Part shown: positions 23,873 through 37,872 of the stretch, piece after piece
Layout of the letters: every line of letters starts with the position of its first letter
Position numbering within the stretch: position 1 is the first letter of the stretch
Assembly (NCBI GenBank): GCA_964016885.1
Contig: OZ024762.1
Location: 4,836,001 to 4,900,000 of the forward strand
Length of the DNA: 64,000 nt
Direction: 5' to 3'
DNA from: Eledone cirrhosa
Taxonomy: Eukaryota
Translations under genes and position numbers: made by a program
Notes under the pieces: model-generated
The model's input: only the letters and a program-made list of their open reading frames with translations
What the model was told of the DNA's origin: nothing
The model's database searches: none

Positions 23873-25921
23873 AAACCCCCTCAGACACATGGAATCAGAA
23901 CACAAACAATGCAACCTCACCTGGACTCTTACCTAAAGTCTAAAGTCCGTTTGGAGCCCGGGGTCTTATCCCGTTGCCTGAAGCGACTGAGAGTACAAAC
24001 TTCCTCCTGGACAGGACGCCAGTCCATCGCAGGGTTAACCCCCCCCCCCCCCAGCTATTGTTGGTCCTCATTTTCAGCTGAGTATACAGGAGCAACGTGA
24101 GATGAAATGTTTTGCTTAAGAACACCCCCCCCTCCGGAATCACCCCTTAAGAACACAACACAACACACCTCCCTCAGGAATCACCCCCCCCCCCCACACA
24201 CACACACGATCCAGGGGACAGTAGAGGCCCAGGAAGACCAAAAAGGACTTGGATGGAGGATATCCGTCGAGATGAAGTTAGGGTTGGCCTGGCCCAAGTG
24301 AGACCAGCGGAGCGGGACGCTAAGGAGCGCTGTCAGACAGAACCCACCCCTACTTAGGGATTAATTGTGTCCTGCATACTCAAAAACTGGATGATGATGA
24401 CTTATTATCATAAGTCCCAAACCCTTACCACTAGGCCAGGCGTCTCCACAGTCTTATTCTCCCAGTAGAACAAGTGACGTATGTGAAAATTGGGCTCTTA
24501 CCCCGCAGTGAAAAGTATCTGTTAGCCTCCTAGAATATGTGACCCTTAAAAGCAGTATAAAACTAAAATACTAACCTTGTGTACGCTACACCCGTATAAC
24601 ATAGATGTTGTGTGTCTCTCAAAAGTGAGATTACAAGGCTTCTTCTGATATCAATTCTTTAAGATTCCTTAATCCTCAATCTTCAGTCGACCATTGTATT
24701 ATAGTGGTGTTGACAATGATTCTGGACAACATGGTGTGACATTTTCCCTCGGTGTGCAGTCCAGAACATCTCTGTTATCCTTGGATCCCCAAACCTCAAC
24801 TCCACCCCCATTTATCTCGGATCCATCCGAAGGCCTCGTTGAACTTGTATAACATTTCTGTCATAGCAGTTTATACACTAACCCTGGATGATGGTGATGA
24901 TTGTGTGAAGTATCAGTTTTCTACGGCCACCTCAACCCAGCTGCTGACAGAACATCTTCCAACGATCTCCATATTGTTACAGGAAAAGACGACGTAAGCA
25001 AAATAGACGGAGCCGCGTTGAGTTTGTTGCCAATAAACGCGACGAATGTACACAAGCTAGAAGTTTGTGAACACTTTTGCCGTCTTCACCTTTCTTCCCT
25101 TCGCGTCGTTAAAATAGTTGCTTGTTAATACCGAACTAATTCGATCAACTTTTCTTCCCATTGCCTTGGAAAGCTTAAGGGAAAAGCAAATAATGAAGAT
25201 TGCGATAAGTTGCCAGAAACTCTGTTGAGCATTGTACTAAATGTTGTATAAGGTCCCGTAACTCCTGATAGAGTCGTAGGGCGCCGTATTTACATACGGC
25301 GTTTCTTGGGTATTTTAAGCTTGGCAGAACCCCTCCCTCCCTAGGCCTGAGTACAGCAGATTTCTTTCAGAGAAAGGAAGAATCGACTCCAGTACTAGAG
25401 GCAAAGCTGACCTTGGTAGGATTTGAACTCAGAGAGCAAAGAGCCGGAACGAACTCCACAAAGCATTCTATCCGACGTTCTAACGACTCTGCCAATTCGC
25501 CGCCACTAAGTACTAGCAGCAATATATAGTCCAATTTTTCTGTGTTCTCAGTTTAGTTCTGAGTTTAGTTCCACCCAGCATCAACAGAGCATTCTATCTC
25601 GCTGATATCAATAAAATAAATGCAAATTATTTATCTGGGGTGAATTCAATCAAGAAAGTTTTACCTAGCCCAGTTAAATCAACGATAAAATATGCAGGTG
25701 TGTCATCTAAACCTTAATCGTTTGAGAACTTGGAGTATTTATTTTGTCATAAATTGTCATACGTCACAACAGATTCATTTAACGTGATTTGAAAGGCAAG
25801 CCACGAAAACATGTCTGCTTCTAGTGTCAAGTAACGGAAACTGAAGAAGTTTTCTTCTTTTTTTTTTTAGAATCGTAGGATTCAGTGAAAATGGATTTGA
25901 TAGTAAACTAAAAACAAAATC

Positions 25922-28363
25922 ATGGAGGACGAACTTACAGAAGTAAACGTGATACGATTCTTTATGGAAAATCCACTATTCATTAAATCATGGCTTTATG
26001 AGAGCGGGCGAGGTGAATTAGCTGAAGATTTTTTCCAGCGCTTTCAGGGTCCAGCAGTTGCAGCAACATCCTTTATAGATTATTTAGAAGAAATCGTGTT
26101 TCTTAAGAGACCTGCAGGAAAAGGTCGAAACAGTAGAATTTATGAAAATAAGGTGTACAAAGAAGTAATGAAAAATGTTAACACTGTGATTGATGTTCCA
26201 AATGTATGCCATAAGATTCTTCAGAATCTATGCATCTTACTTCACTGTGAGAAAGCAAGTCTTTTTTTGACTCGAGGAACGGGAGATAACCAATATCTTG
26301 TCTCGTCCTTATTCGATGTCACGGCAACATCTGTTTTAGAGGAAACGGTACACACCGAAGAAAATGCCATACGAATTCCATTCGATAAAGGTATTTCAGG
26401 ATTTGTAGCTAAAAACAAATGTATAGTAAATGTTAAAGATGTGTATCGAGATCCTCGCTTTTTACGTGATGTGGACCAAAAGACTGGGTTTCGCACCAAA
26501 AGTATTCTATGTATGCCAGTTCTGGGAAGAGATACCCATTTGATAGGTGTAGCTCAGGTAATGAACAAAGAAAATGGTTTGGGTTTTGAAAAGGGAGATG
26601 AAATTATATTCGAGACCTTCTTGTCATTTTGTGGTATCTGTGTGGATAACTCTTTTTCCTTTGAAAAAGCGTATGAGGAACATAAACGCCAGAAAGTACT
26701 AGAAAAGCTCAGTAAATGCATATTAAAATATCAAAACGCACCCCAGAATCTTATACCCGAAATTATGAAGCTTGCCATGGAAATGTTACACTGTGAGAGC
26801 ATTTATGTCTATCTAGCTGATACGAAGAAGGATGTATATCCTCCAAATAAATCTTCGAAAGTGTTCCAGTTGTTGAAAGGGGAATCGAATATCACAGAAG
26901 AGATTATAGGCCCGAAAGTTAGAAAAGCAATTGAAGAGAATATGAACAGTGGAAACACTTTAGATTTGATTAATATGGACGACATGGGCGATGTTAATGC
27001 GATACGTCTCGATAGTACAGTTGAAAGTTGGTTAATTTGTTTAGCCATTAAAGATTCTTCCCAGAAATTCGTTGGTAGCCTTGTGTTTCTTAGAGAATCA
27101 AATGATATGTTCAACCGAAATGATATCAATATGATGGAGCTGTTTGCAACATTCTGCGGGTTAGCTTTCTACAACTTCCGTCTTTATAAAACCTCGGTAC
27201 AGACGCTAAATCAGCTAGAATATACAAATAAAGTTCTTAACTATATAACTTCTTCTGAACCAAAGAATGTACATAATCATTTAAGATTGAAGGTAAAGTC
27301 TTCAAATGACTATCACATTCATAAATTCGATTTCAGTGATTTTGTATTTTCAGAAGAAGAAACCGTTTTGTTGTGTGTCCGTATATTTTTAGAAGCCAAC
27401 ATATTGTCCGTACTCAGCATACCTATGGACTTATTATATAGTTGGTTGCTAACTGTTAAAAAGAACTATCGACCTGTCACCTATCATAATTGGCGTCATG
27501 CTGTTAACGTGACTCAAACTATGTTTTGTATGTTTACCACGGGTGGATTACAAAAATATTTCACAGAATTTGAAAGGATTTGTCTATTGATAGCTTGTTT
27601 GTGTCATGATCTCGATCACAGGGGAACAAATAGTGCGTACCTCGTGAAGACGTCATCTCCTCTTGCTACAATGTACAGTACGTCTGTCTTGGAACACCAT
27701 CACTTAAATCGAAGTATCGCAATACTACAAAGCAATAATACAAATATTTTTCAAAATACACCCGCTGAAGTATATCAGGAAGGTCTCAAATTATTTGAGA
27801 AAGCAATCCTTGCTACAGACCTTACACTTTATTTTGAGAAGCGAAATCTTTTCAAACAAAAATTTGAAATCGATGACCCTAATTTGAAATCTCCTGAAAG
27901 TAAGGAATTATTACTCGCGATGATGATGACAGCAGCCGATCTTTCAGCTATTACTAAGCCATGGCCTGTTCAAAAAAGAACAGCCCTTACTATTGCAACA
28001 GAATTATTTGAACAAGGAGACTTGGAGAGCACGTATAACCTCCCATTGGTGCCGATGCTGGATCGTGAAAGAAGACATGAAATACCTCAAATGCAAGTTA
28101 GTTTTATAGATTTAGTGTGTACAATGGTTTATAAACTCTTTTCACAAGTGAGTAATCGTCTGACGCCTATGTATAATGGAATGCTTAAAAACAGAACTCA
28201 TTGGTCCAATATTGTAATTGGTAAGGAAAAAATTGATATTGACAAAGAATTCGGATACCTTTCCCACGTCAAGCCAGGAAAAAAAAAAGCAAGAAAGAAA
28301 TATCGACGATCTGTTCTAATTCAAACTATTTTTACATTTCCTTCGCGTAAAGAAATAACCTAG
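25922..28363 (+). CDS. Intronless GAF-GAF PDE5/6-like paralogue 3 (813 aa), truncated by a CAG>TAG change after the catalytic domain
   Basis: Near-identical to paralogues 2 and 4. ATAACCTAG here versus ATAACCCAG in paralogue 4. All catalytic motifs are intact. Confidence 0.83.
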   Translation: MEDELTEVNVIRFFMENPLFIKSWLYESGRGELAEDFFQRFQGPAVAATSFIDYLEEIVFLKRPAGKGRNSRIYENKVYKEVMKNVNTVIDVPNVCHKILQNLCILLHCEKASLFLTRGTGDNQYLVSSLFDVTATSVLEETVHTEENAIRIPFDKGISGFVAKNKCIVNVKDVYRDPRFLRDVDQKTGFRTKSILCMPVLGRDTHLIGVAQVMNKENGLGFEKGDEIIFETFLSFCGICVDNSFSFEKAYEEHKRQKVLEKLSKCILKYQNAPQNLIPEIMKLAMEMLHCESIYVYLADTKKDVYPPNKSSKVFQLLKGESNITEEIIGPKVRKAIEENMNSGNTLDLINMDDMGDVNAIRLDSTVESWLICLAIKDSSQKFVGSLVFLRESNDMFNRNDINMMELFATFCGLAFYNFRLYKTSVQTLNQLEYTNKVLNYITSSEPKNVHNHLRLKVKSSNDYHIHKFDFSDFVFSEEETVLLCVRIFLEANILSVLSIPMDLLYSWLLTVKKNYRPVTYHNWRHAVNVTQTMFCMFTTGGLQKYFTEFERICLLIACLCHDLDHRGTNSAYLVKTSSPLATMYSTSVLEHHHLNRSIAILQSNNTNIFQNTPAEVYQEGLKLFEKAILATDLTLYFEKRNLFKQKFEIDDPNLKSPESKELLLAMMMTAADLSAITKPWPVQKRTALTIATELFEQGDLESTYNLPLVPMLDRERRHEIPQMQVSFIDLVCTMVYKLFSQVSNRLTPMYNGMLKNRTHWSNIVIGKEKIDIDKEFGYLSHVKPGKKKARKKYRRSVLIQTIFTFPSRKEIT

Positions 28364-28431
28364 ACAGATATTTCCATCCCTCCACATTTAATTCAGAAGA
28401 AACTTAACCATAATCATGGCAACTCAGTCAG

Positions 28432-28712
28432 AACGATACTTTGATACTAATGACCGGAAGTGGATTAGCTTGAGAAGACCGCCAACGATACTTTGATACT
28501 AATGACCGGAAGTGGATTAGCTTGAGAAGACCGCCAACGATACTTTGATACTAATGACCGGAAGTGGATTAGCTTGAGAAGACCGCCAACGATACTTTGA
28601 TACTAATGACCGGAAGTGGATTAGCTTCAGAAAACCGCCAACGATACTTTGATACTAATGACCGGAAGTGGATTAGCTTCAGAAGACCGCCAACGATACT
28701 TTGATACTAATG
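28432..28712. repeat. 52-bp minisatellite, 5 full units
   Basis: Five CCGGAAGT cores counted. Confidence 0.95.
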
Positions 28713-30788
28713 AAACCCCCTCACACACATGGAATCAGAACACAAACAATGCAACCTCACCTGGACTCTTACTTAAAGTCTAAAGTCCGTTTGGAGCCCG
28801 GGGTCTTATCCCGTTGCCTGAAGCGACTGAGAGTACAAACTTCCTCCTGGACAGGACGCCAGTCCATCGCAGGGTTAAACCCCCCCAGCTATTGTTGGTC
28901 CTCATTTTCAGCTGAGTATACAGGAGCAATGTGAGATGAAATGTTTTGCTTAAGAACACCCCTACCCCCACCCCCCCACCCCCCACCCACCCCCACCCAC
29001 CCCCCCGGAATCACCCCTTAAGAACACAACACAACACCCCTCCCTCAGGAATCACACCCCCACACACACACACGATCAAGGGGACAGTAGAGGCCCAGGA
29101 AGACCAAAAAGGGCTTGGATGGAGGATATCCGTCGAGATGATGTTAGGCTTGGCCTGGCCTAAGTGAGAGCAGCGGAGCGGGACGCTAAGGAGCGCTGTC
29201 AGACAGAACCCACCCCTACTTAGGGATTAATTGTGTACTGCATACTCAAAAACTGGATGATGATGACTTATTATCATAAGTCCCAAACCCTTACCACTAG
29301 GCCAGGCGTCTCCACAGTCTTATTCTCCCAGTAGAACAAGTGACGTATGTGAAAACTGGGCTCTTACCCCGCAGTGAAAAGTATCTGTTAGCCTCCTAGA
29401 ATATGTGACCCTTAAAAGCAGTATAAAACTAAAATACTAACCTTGTGTACGCTACACCCGTATAACATAGATGTTGTGTGTCTCTCAAAAGTGAGATTAC
29501 AAGGCTTCTTCTGATATCAATTCTTTAAGATTCCTTAATCCTCAATCTTCAGTCGACCATTGTATTATAGTGGTGTTGACAATGATTCTGGACAACATGG
29601 TGTGACATTTTCCCTCGGTGTGCAGTCCAGAACATCTCTGTTATCCTTGGATCCCCAAACCTCAACCCCACCCCCATTTATCTCGGATCCATCCGAAGGC
29701 CTCGTTGAACTTGTATAACATTTCTGTCATAGCAGTTTATACACTAACCCTGGATGATGGTGATGATTGTGTGAAGTATCAGTTTTCTACGGCCACCTCA
29801 ACCCAGCTGCTGACAGAACATCTTCCAATGATCTCCATATTGTTACAGGAAAAGACGACGTAAGCAAAATAGACGGAGCCGCGTTGAGTTTGTTGCCAAT
29901 AAACGCGACGAATGTACACAAGCTAGAAGTTTGTGAACACTTTTGCCGTCTTCACCTTTCTTCCCTTCGCGTCGTTAAAATAGTTGCTTGTTAATACCGA
30001 ACTAATTCGATCAACTTTTCTTCCCATTGCCTTGGAAAGCTTAAGGGAAAAGCAAATAATGAAAATTGCGATAAGTTGCCAGAAACTCTGTTGAGCATTG
30101 TACTAAATGTTGTATAAGGTCCCGTAGCTCCTGATAGAGTCGTAGGGCGCCGTATTTGCATACGGCGTTTCTTGGGTATTTTAAGCTTGGCAGAACCCCT
30201 CCCTCCCTAGGCCTGAGTACAGCAGATTTCTTTCAGAGAAAGGAAGAATCGACTCCAGTACTAGAGGCAAAGCTGACCTTGGTAGGATTTGAACTCAGAG
30301 AGCAAAGAGCCGGAACGAACTCCACAAAGCATTCTATCCGACGTTCTAACGACTCTGCCAATTCGCCGCCACTAAGTACTAGCAGCAATATATAGTCCAA
30401 TTTTTCTGTGTTCTCAGTTTAGTTCTGAGTTTAGTTCCACCCAGCATCAACAGAGCATTCTATCTCGCTGATATCAATAAAATAAATGCAAATTATTTAT
30501 CTGGGGTGAATTCAATCAAGAAAGTTTTACCTAGCCCAGTTAAATCAACGATAAAATATGCAGGTGTGTCATCTAAACCTTAATCGTTTGAGAACTTGGA
30601 GTATTTATTTTGTCATAAATTGTCATACGTCACAACAGATTCATTTAACGTGATTTGAAAGGCAAGCCACGAAAACATGTCTGCTTCTAGTGTCAAGTAA
30701 CGGAAACTGAAGAAGTTTTCTTCTTTTTTTTTTCAAGAATCGTAGGATTCAGTGAAAATTGATTTGATAGTAAACTAAAAACAAAATC

Positions 30789-33700
30789 ATGGAGGACGAA
30801 CTTACAGAAGTAAACGTGATACGATTCTTTATGGAAAATCCACTATTCATTAAATCATGGCTTTATGAGAGCGGGCGAGGTGAATTAGCTGAAGATTTTT
30901 TCGAGCCCTTTCAGGATTCAGGAGTTGCAGCAACATCCTTTATAGATTATTTAGAAGAAATCGTGTTTTATAAGAAACCTGCAGTAAAAGGTCGGGACAG
31001 TAGAATTTGTGAAAATAAAGTGTACAAAGAAGTAATGAAAAATGTTAACAGTGTAATTGATGTTCAACATGTATGCCATAAGATTCTTCAGAATGTATGC
31101 ATCTTACTTCACTGTGAGAAAGCAAGTCTTTTTTTGACTCGAGGAACGGAAGATAACCAATATCTTCTCTCGTCCTTATTCGATGTCACGGCAACATCTG
31201 TTTTAGAGGAAACGGTACACACCGAAGAAAATGCCATACGAATTCCATTCGATAAAGGTATTTCAGGATTTGTAGCTACAAACAAATGTATAGTAAATGT
31301 TAAAGATGTGTATCGAGATCCTCGCTTTTTATGTGATGTGGACCAAAAGACTGGGTTTCGCACCAAAAGTATTCTATGTATGCCAGTTCTGGGAAGAGAT
31401 ACCCATTTGATAGGTGTAGCTCAGGTAATGAACAAAGAAAATGGTTTGGGTTTTGAAAAGGGAGATGAAATTATATTCGAGACCTTCTTGTCATTTTGTG
31501 GTATCTGTGTGGATAACTCTTTTTTCTTTGAAAAAGCGTATGAGGAACATAAACGCCAGAAAGTACTAGAAAAGCTCAGTAAATGCATATTAAAATATCA
31601 AAACGCACCCCAGAATCTTATACCCGAAATTATGAAGCTTGCCATGGAAATGTTACACTGTGAGAGCATTTATGTCTATCTAGCTGATACGAAGAAGGAT
31701 GCATATCCTCCAAATGAATCTTCGAATGTCTTCCAGTTGTTGAAAGGGGAATCGAATATCACAGAAGAGATTATAGGCCCGAAAGTTAGAAAAGCAATTG
31801 AAGTGAATATGAACAGTGGACACACTTTAGATTTGATTAATATGGACGACATGGGCGATGTTAATGCGATACGTCTCGATAGTACAGTTGAAAGTTGGTT
31901 AATTTGTTTAGCCATTAAAGATTCTTCCCAGAAATTCGTTGGTAGCCTTGTGTTTCTTAGAGAATCAAATGATATGTTCAACCGAAATGATATCAATATG
32001 ATGGAGCTGTTTGCAACATTCTGCGGGTTAGCTTTCTACAACTTCCGTCTTTATAAAACCTCGGTACAGACGCTAAATCAGCTAGAATATACAAATAAAG
32101 TTCTTAACTATATAACTTCTTCTGAACCAAAGAATGTACTTAATCATTTAAGATTGAAGATAAAGTCTTCAGATGACTATCACCTTCATAAATTCGATTT
32201 CAGTGATTTTGTATTTTCAGAAGAAGAAACCGTTTTGTTGTGTGTCCGTATATTTTTAGAAGCCAACATATTGGCCGTACTCAGCATACCTATCGACTTA
32301 TTATATACTTGGTTGCTAACTGTTAAAAAGAACTACCGACCTGTCACCTATCATAATTGGCGTCATGCTGTTAACGTGACTCAAAGTATGTTTTGTATGT
32401 TTACCACGGGTGGATTACAAAAATATTTCACAGAATTTGAAAGGATTTGTCTATTGATAGCTTGTTTGTGTCATGATCTCGATCACAGGGGAACAAATAG
32501 TGCGTACCTCGTGAAGACGTCATCTCCTCTTGCTACAATGTACAGTACGTCTGTCTTGGAACACCATCACATAAATCGAAGTATCGCAATACTACAAAGC
32601 AATAATACAAATATTTTTCAAAATACACCCACTGAAGTATATCAGGAAGGTCTCAAATTATTTGAGAAAGCAATCCTTTCTACAGACCTTAAAATTTATT
32701 TTGAGAAGCGAAATCTTTTCAAACAAAAATTTGAAATCGATGACCCTAATTTGAAATCTCCTGAAAGTAAGGAATTATTACTCGCGATGATGATGACAGC
32801 AGCCGATCTTTCAGCTATTACTAAGCCATGGCCTGTTCAAAAAAGAACAGCCCTTACTATTGCAACAGAATTATTTGAACAAGGAGACTTGGAGAGCGCG
32901 TATAACCTCCCATTGGTGCCGATGATGGATCGTGGAAAAAGACATCAAATACCTCAAATGCAAGTTAGTTTTATAGATTTAGTGTGTACAATGGTTTATA
33001 AACTCTTTTCACAACTGAGTAATCATCTGACGCCTATGTATAATGGAATGCTTAAAAACAGAACTCATTGGTCCAATATTGTAATTGGTAAGGAAAAATT
33101 TGATATTGACAAAGAATTCGGATACCTTTCCCACGTCAAGCCAGGAAAAAAAAAATCAGGATTGAAACATCGACAATCTGTTCTAATTCAAACTATTTTT
33201 ACATTTCCTTCGCGTAAACAAATAACCCAGACAGATATTTCCATCCCACCACATTTAATTCGGAAGAAACTTACCCATAATCGTGGCAACTCATTCATAA
33301 CGGATTCAGATTGTCAGACTGAAGATCTGGAACGGTCTACCGTGGCGGTACAGACAGATATTTTGAGTGACTCACGGCGTTTGTCGATTATAATGCCACA
33401 CGAGCAACCGATGATTTCTCCGGAACAAACCCAAGACGATTCTATGAGTATGGAAACCAAAACATTAATGAAAACATCCAGTAGTGGTTATTCAAAGTTA
33501 ATTCAACATTCAAGCGCCAACAGAAGACGTTCAAGTATGATTGAAGATATTGCAATCGAAAAACGCACTGAATTACAACGAAAAAGAAACGAAAATCAAA
33601 GTCCACCTTTCGCGCAGGAAGAGATTCCGCAGTTAATAAAAAAATCATCGATTACTGTTCTACCACCAAACTCCCTTGATGAACTAAGACGAACATCCTC

Positions 33701-33914
33701 ACAAAGAACACGACTTTCTATTAACTTCCAAGACTCAAAAACTCAGCTGAAACAAACTTTAAGCAATAATTTACTTCAAACTTCCCTAGGAGGCTTGCTT
33801 ACAACTAACATGGAGCAGTCCATCCGAAAACGCAAATGTTTACAGTCTGATAGGGAAAAAAAGAAACCCGGGCGCCGTAAGTCTTGGAGGAGTGTCATGT
33901 GTGTCATAGCATAA
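30789..33914 (+). CDS. Intronless GAF-GAF PDE5/6-like paralogue 4 (1041 aa), full-length member of the triplication, ends in CaaX CVIA
   Basis: Same domain motifs. Long disordered tail ending RKRKC...KKKPGRRKSW..MCVIA-stop. AATAAA about 65 nt downstream. Confidence 0.93.
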   Translation: MEDELTEVNVIRFFMENPLFIKSWLYESGRGELAEDFFEPFQDSGVAATSFIDYLEEIVFYKKPAVKGRDSRICENKVYKEVMKNVNSVIDVQHVCHKILQNVCILLHCEKASLFLTRGTEDNQYLLSSLFDVTATSVLEETVHTEENAIRIPFDKGISGFVATNKCIVNVKDVYRDPRFLCDVDQKTGFRTKSILCMPVLGRDTHLIGVAQVMNKENGLGFEKGDEIIFETFLSFCGICVDNSFFFEKAYEEHKRQKVLEKLSKCILKYQNAPQNLIPEIMKLAMEMLHCESIYVYLADTKKDAYPPNESSNVFQLLKGESNITEEIIGPKVRKAIEVNMNSGHTLDLINMDDMGDVNAIRLDSTVESWLICLAIKDSSQKFVGSLVFLRESNDMFNRNDINMMELFATFCGLAFYNFRLYKTSVQTLNQLEYTNKVLNYITSSEPKNVLNHLRLKIKSSDDYHLHKFDFSDFVFSEEETVLLCVRIFLEANILAVLSIPIDLLYTWLLTVKKNYRPVTYHNWRHAVNVTQSMFCMFTTGGLQKYFTEFERICLLIACLCHDLDHRGTNSAYLVKTSSPLATMYSTSVLEHHHINRSIAILQSNNTNIFQNTPTEVYQEGLKLFEKAILSTDLKIYFEKRNLFKQKFEIDDPNLKSPESKELLLAMMMTAADLSAITKPWPVQKRTALTIATELFEQGDLESAYNLPLVPMMDRGKRHQIPQMQVSFIDLVCTMVYKLFSQLSNHLTPMYNGMLKNRTHWSNIVIGKEKFDIDKEFGYLSHVKPGKKKSGLKHRQSVLIQTIFTFPSRKQITQTDISIPPHLIRKKLTHNRGNSFITDSDCQTEDLERSTVAVQTDILSDSRRLSIIMPHEQPMISPEQTQDDSMSMETKTLMKTSSSGYSKLIQHSSANRRRSSMIEDIAIEKRTELQRKRNENQSPPFAQEEIPQLIKKSSITVLPPNSLDELRRTSSQRTRLSINFQDSKTQLKQTLSNNLLQTSLGGLLTTNMEQSIRKRKCLQSDREKKKPGRRKSWRSVMCVIA

Positions 33915-34375
33915 TTCTACAAAAAAAAAAAAAAAAAATGGCAAAAAAAGTACATTGATTTGTTCAGAAAATATAAAGAAATAAAGAAGAAAACCACGTA
34001 GATCAATACATGTGAATTATCAAATTACTAATACATACATGATCGGATATCTTGTTGTTGTTTTTCGAACGGAATAAGTAATATTCGGTTTCTTCATCAA
34101 ACAGTAAGAAACTGTTTTCGTTGATTATGTATATGTGTGTGTGTGTCTGTGTGTGTGTCTGTGTGTGGGTGCAGAGGTTCAGTATGTCCGAAGAAAACTG
34201 GTGAGCCTAACAAAGTCAGCACTCGATGAATAGCAGGGTGTATAACACTTTTCTGAGGATCAGTTTGGGAATCTGGAGCGGATCACGAGCTGTTTGGAAA
34301 ACATTTGTAACCAGGATTGAACAATAAATCTCTTATGTAACACCTCCACTTTGTTCTTATTATATATATATATAT

Positions 34376-34496
<121 letters not shown>

Positions 34497-34809
34497 GTTA
34501 TAGTTCACTATTTTCATTGGTAAGGTAAGTCAAGATCGAAAGCGAACAATTATAGTAGCAGAACATTCAAAATTCATTAAGACCAAGGATTAGTATTATA
34601 ATTATTTATTTATACATCTACGGTCGTTTCAACAATTGCCCCCCCCCCCCCCCCCCCCCTATTATCTGTTAAGTAACTCTATTATAGGTGCTCTACTCAA
34701 AGCCATATCTCTTCAGGAAATATAATTTAAAAAATAACAATAATTTTATTAAAATCATAAGACAAATTATCAAGAATAATACAAGATTCAAAGCGATACA
34801 TAGATAGAT

Positions 34810-34856
34810 ATGTTTCTTTATTAGCCACAGGGGCACAAAAGAAGGGGACAAATACA

Positions 34857-34857
<1 letters not shown>
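34810..34857 (-). mobile_element. Extreme 3' tip (~47 bp) of the Tx1-like LINE
   Basis: TTTCTTTATTAGCCACAGGGGCACAAAAGAAGGGGACAAATACAA, identical to the ends of the two longer copies, with (GATA)n on both sides. Confidence 0.8.
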
Positions 34858-34905
<48 letters not shown>

Positions 34906-34907
<2 letters not shown>

Positions 34908-35448
34908 TATTTCTTTATTAGCCACAGGGGCACAAAAGAAGGGGACAAATACAAAGGGGGAAGTTTACATACAATAAAAACGTGTAAAATGTTATCACAG
35001 ATGGAATTTAAAAGTTAGTCGATTTTCCCCAATAGAGGGAGACAGTTTATATGGGTAACACATACCCCCGAAAAAATGTGCAACCCTCATCTCCAGGAGT
35101 ACGAAGAGCTTGTACTCCTTTCCTCTCCTCCTCCTTTTCCTCAATCTACAGGCTGATATAGAGAGAAGGCCCATTCACTCGGGCCATTCTCGCCACTTTC
35201 ACCCACCTTTCATAAAACTTGCTGGGGTACAGCACCTCTCTCTCCATCCTGATTCTTCTTCCAAAGTGGTATTTGAAAAAAAGAATCAGTTGTTGGCCGG
35301 AGAGAAAGGTGTCTGACCTCAGCCCTTTCAACCTTGTCCACCATACAACCTCTTTCGCCATAGCTATCACACAAAGGAAAACCGCCTCTCCTTCGTTTTT
35401 GAAGGAGGGTGGCGGTTTGATCATGACAATGGACTCGGTGGTCAACTG

Positions 35449-35450
<2 letters not shown>
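34906..35450 (-). mobile_element. 5'-truncated ~545-bp copy of the Tx1-like LINE 3' end
   Basis: Matches 35511-36055 (offset 605) with no differences that I could spot. Bounded by (GATA)n. Confidence 0.9.
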
Positions 35451-37699
<2,249 letters not shown>

Positions 37700-37819
37700 A
37701 GCAAATGAATGAATGAAGGAGATACTAGCCGTTAAAACAAGTTGTTTATATAAATCTTATATAATGTTTCGCACCTCTCTGTATCTCTCTACCTCCTCCT
37801 CTCCTACGATACATATTTA

Positions 37820-37872
<53 letters not shown>

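Larger units (their letters stand above)
19072..33302 (+). repeat. Tandem segmental triplication, unit about 4.8 kb (VNTR + ~2.06-kb upstream region + PDE CDS)
   Basis: ATGs at 21134, 25922 and 30789 (spacing 4788 and 4867). The intergenic sequence is nearly identical in all three units. Confidence 0.95.

Noticed and set aside
21454-31996. Recurrent antisense and short intergenic ORFs in the triplicated units
   Set aside because: They recur only because the DNA is duplicated. They are shadows of the PDE CDS or of transposon remnants.
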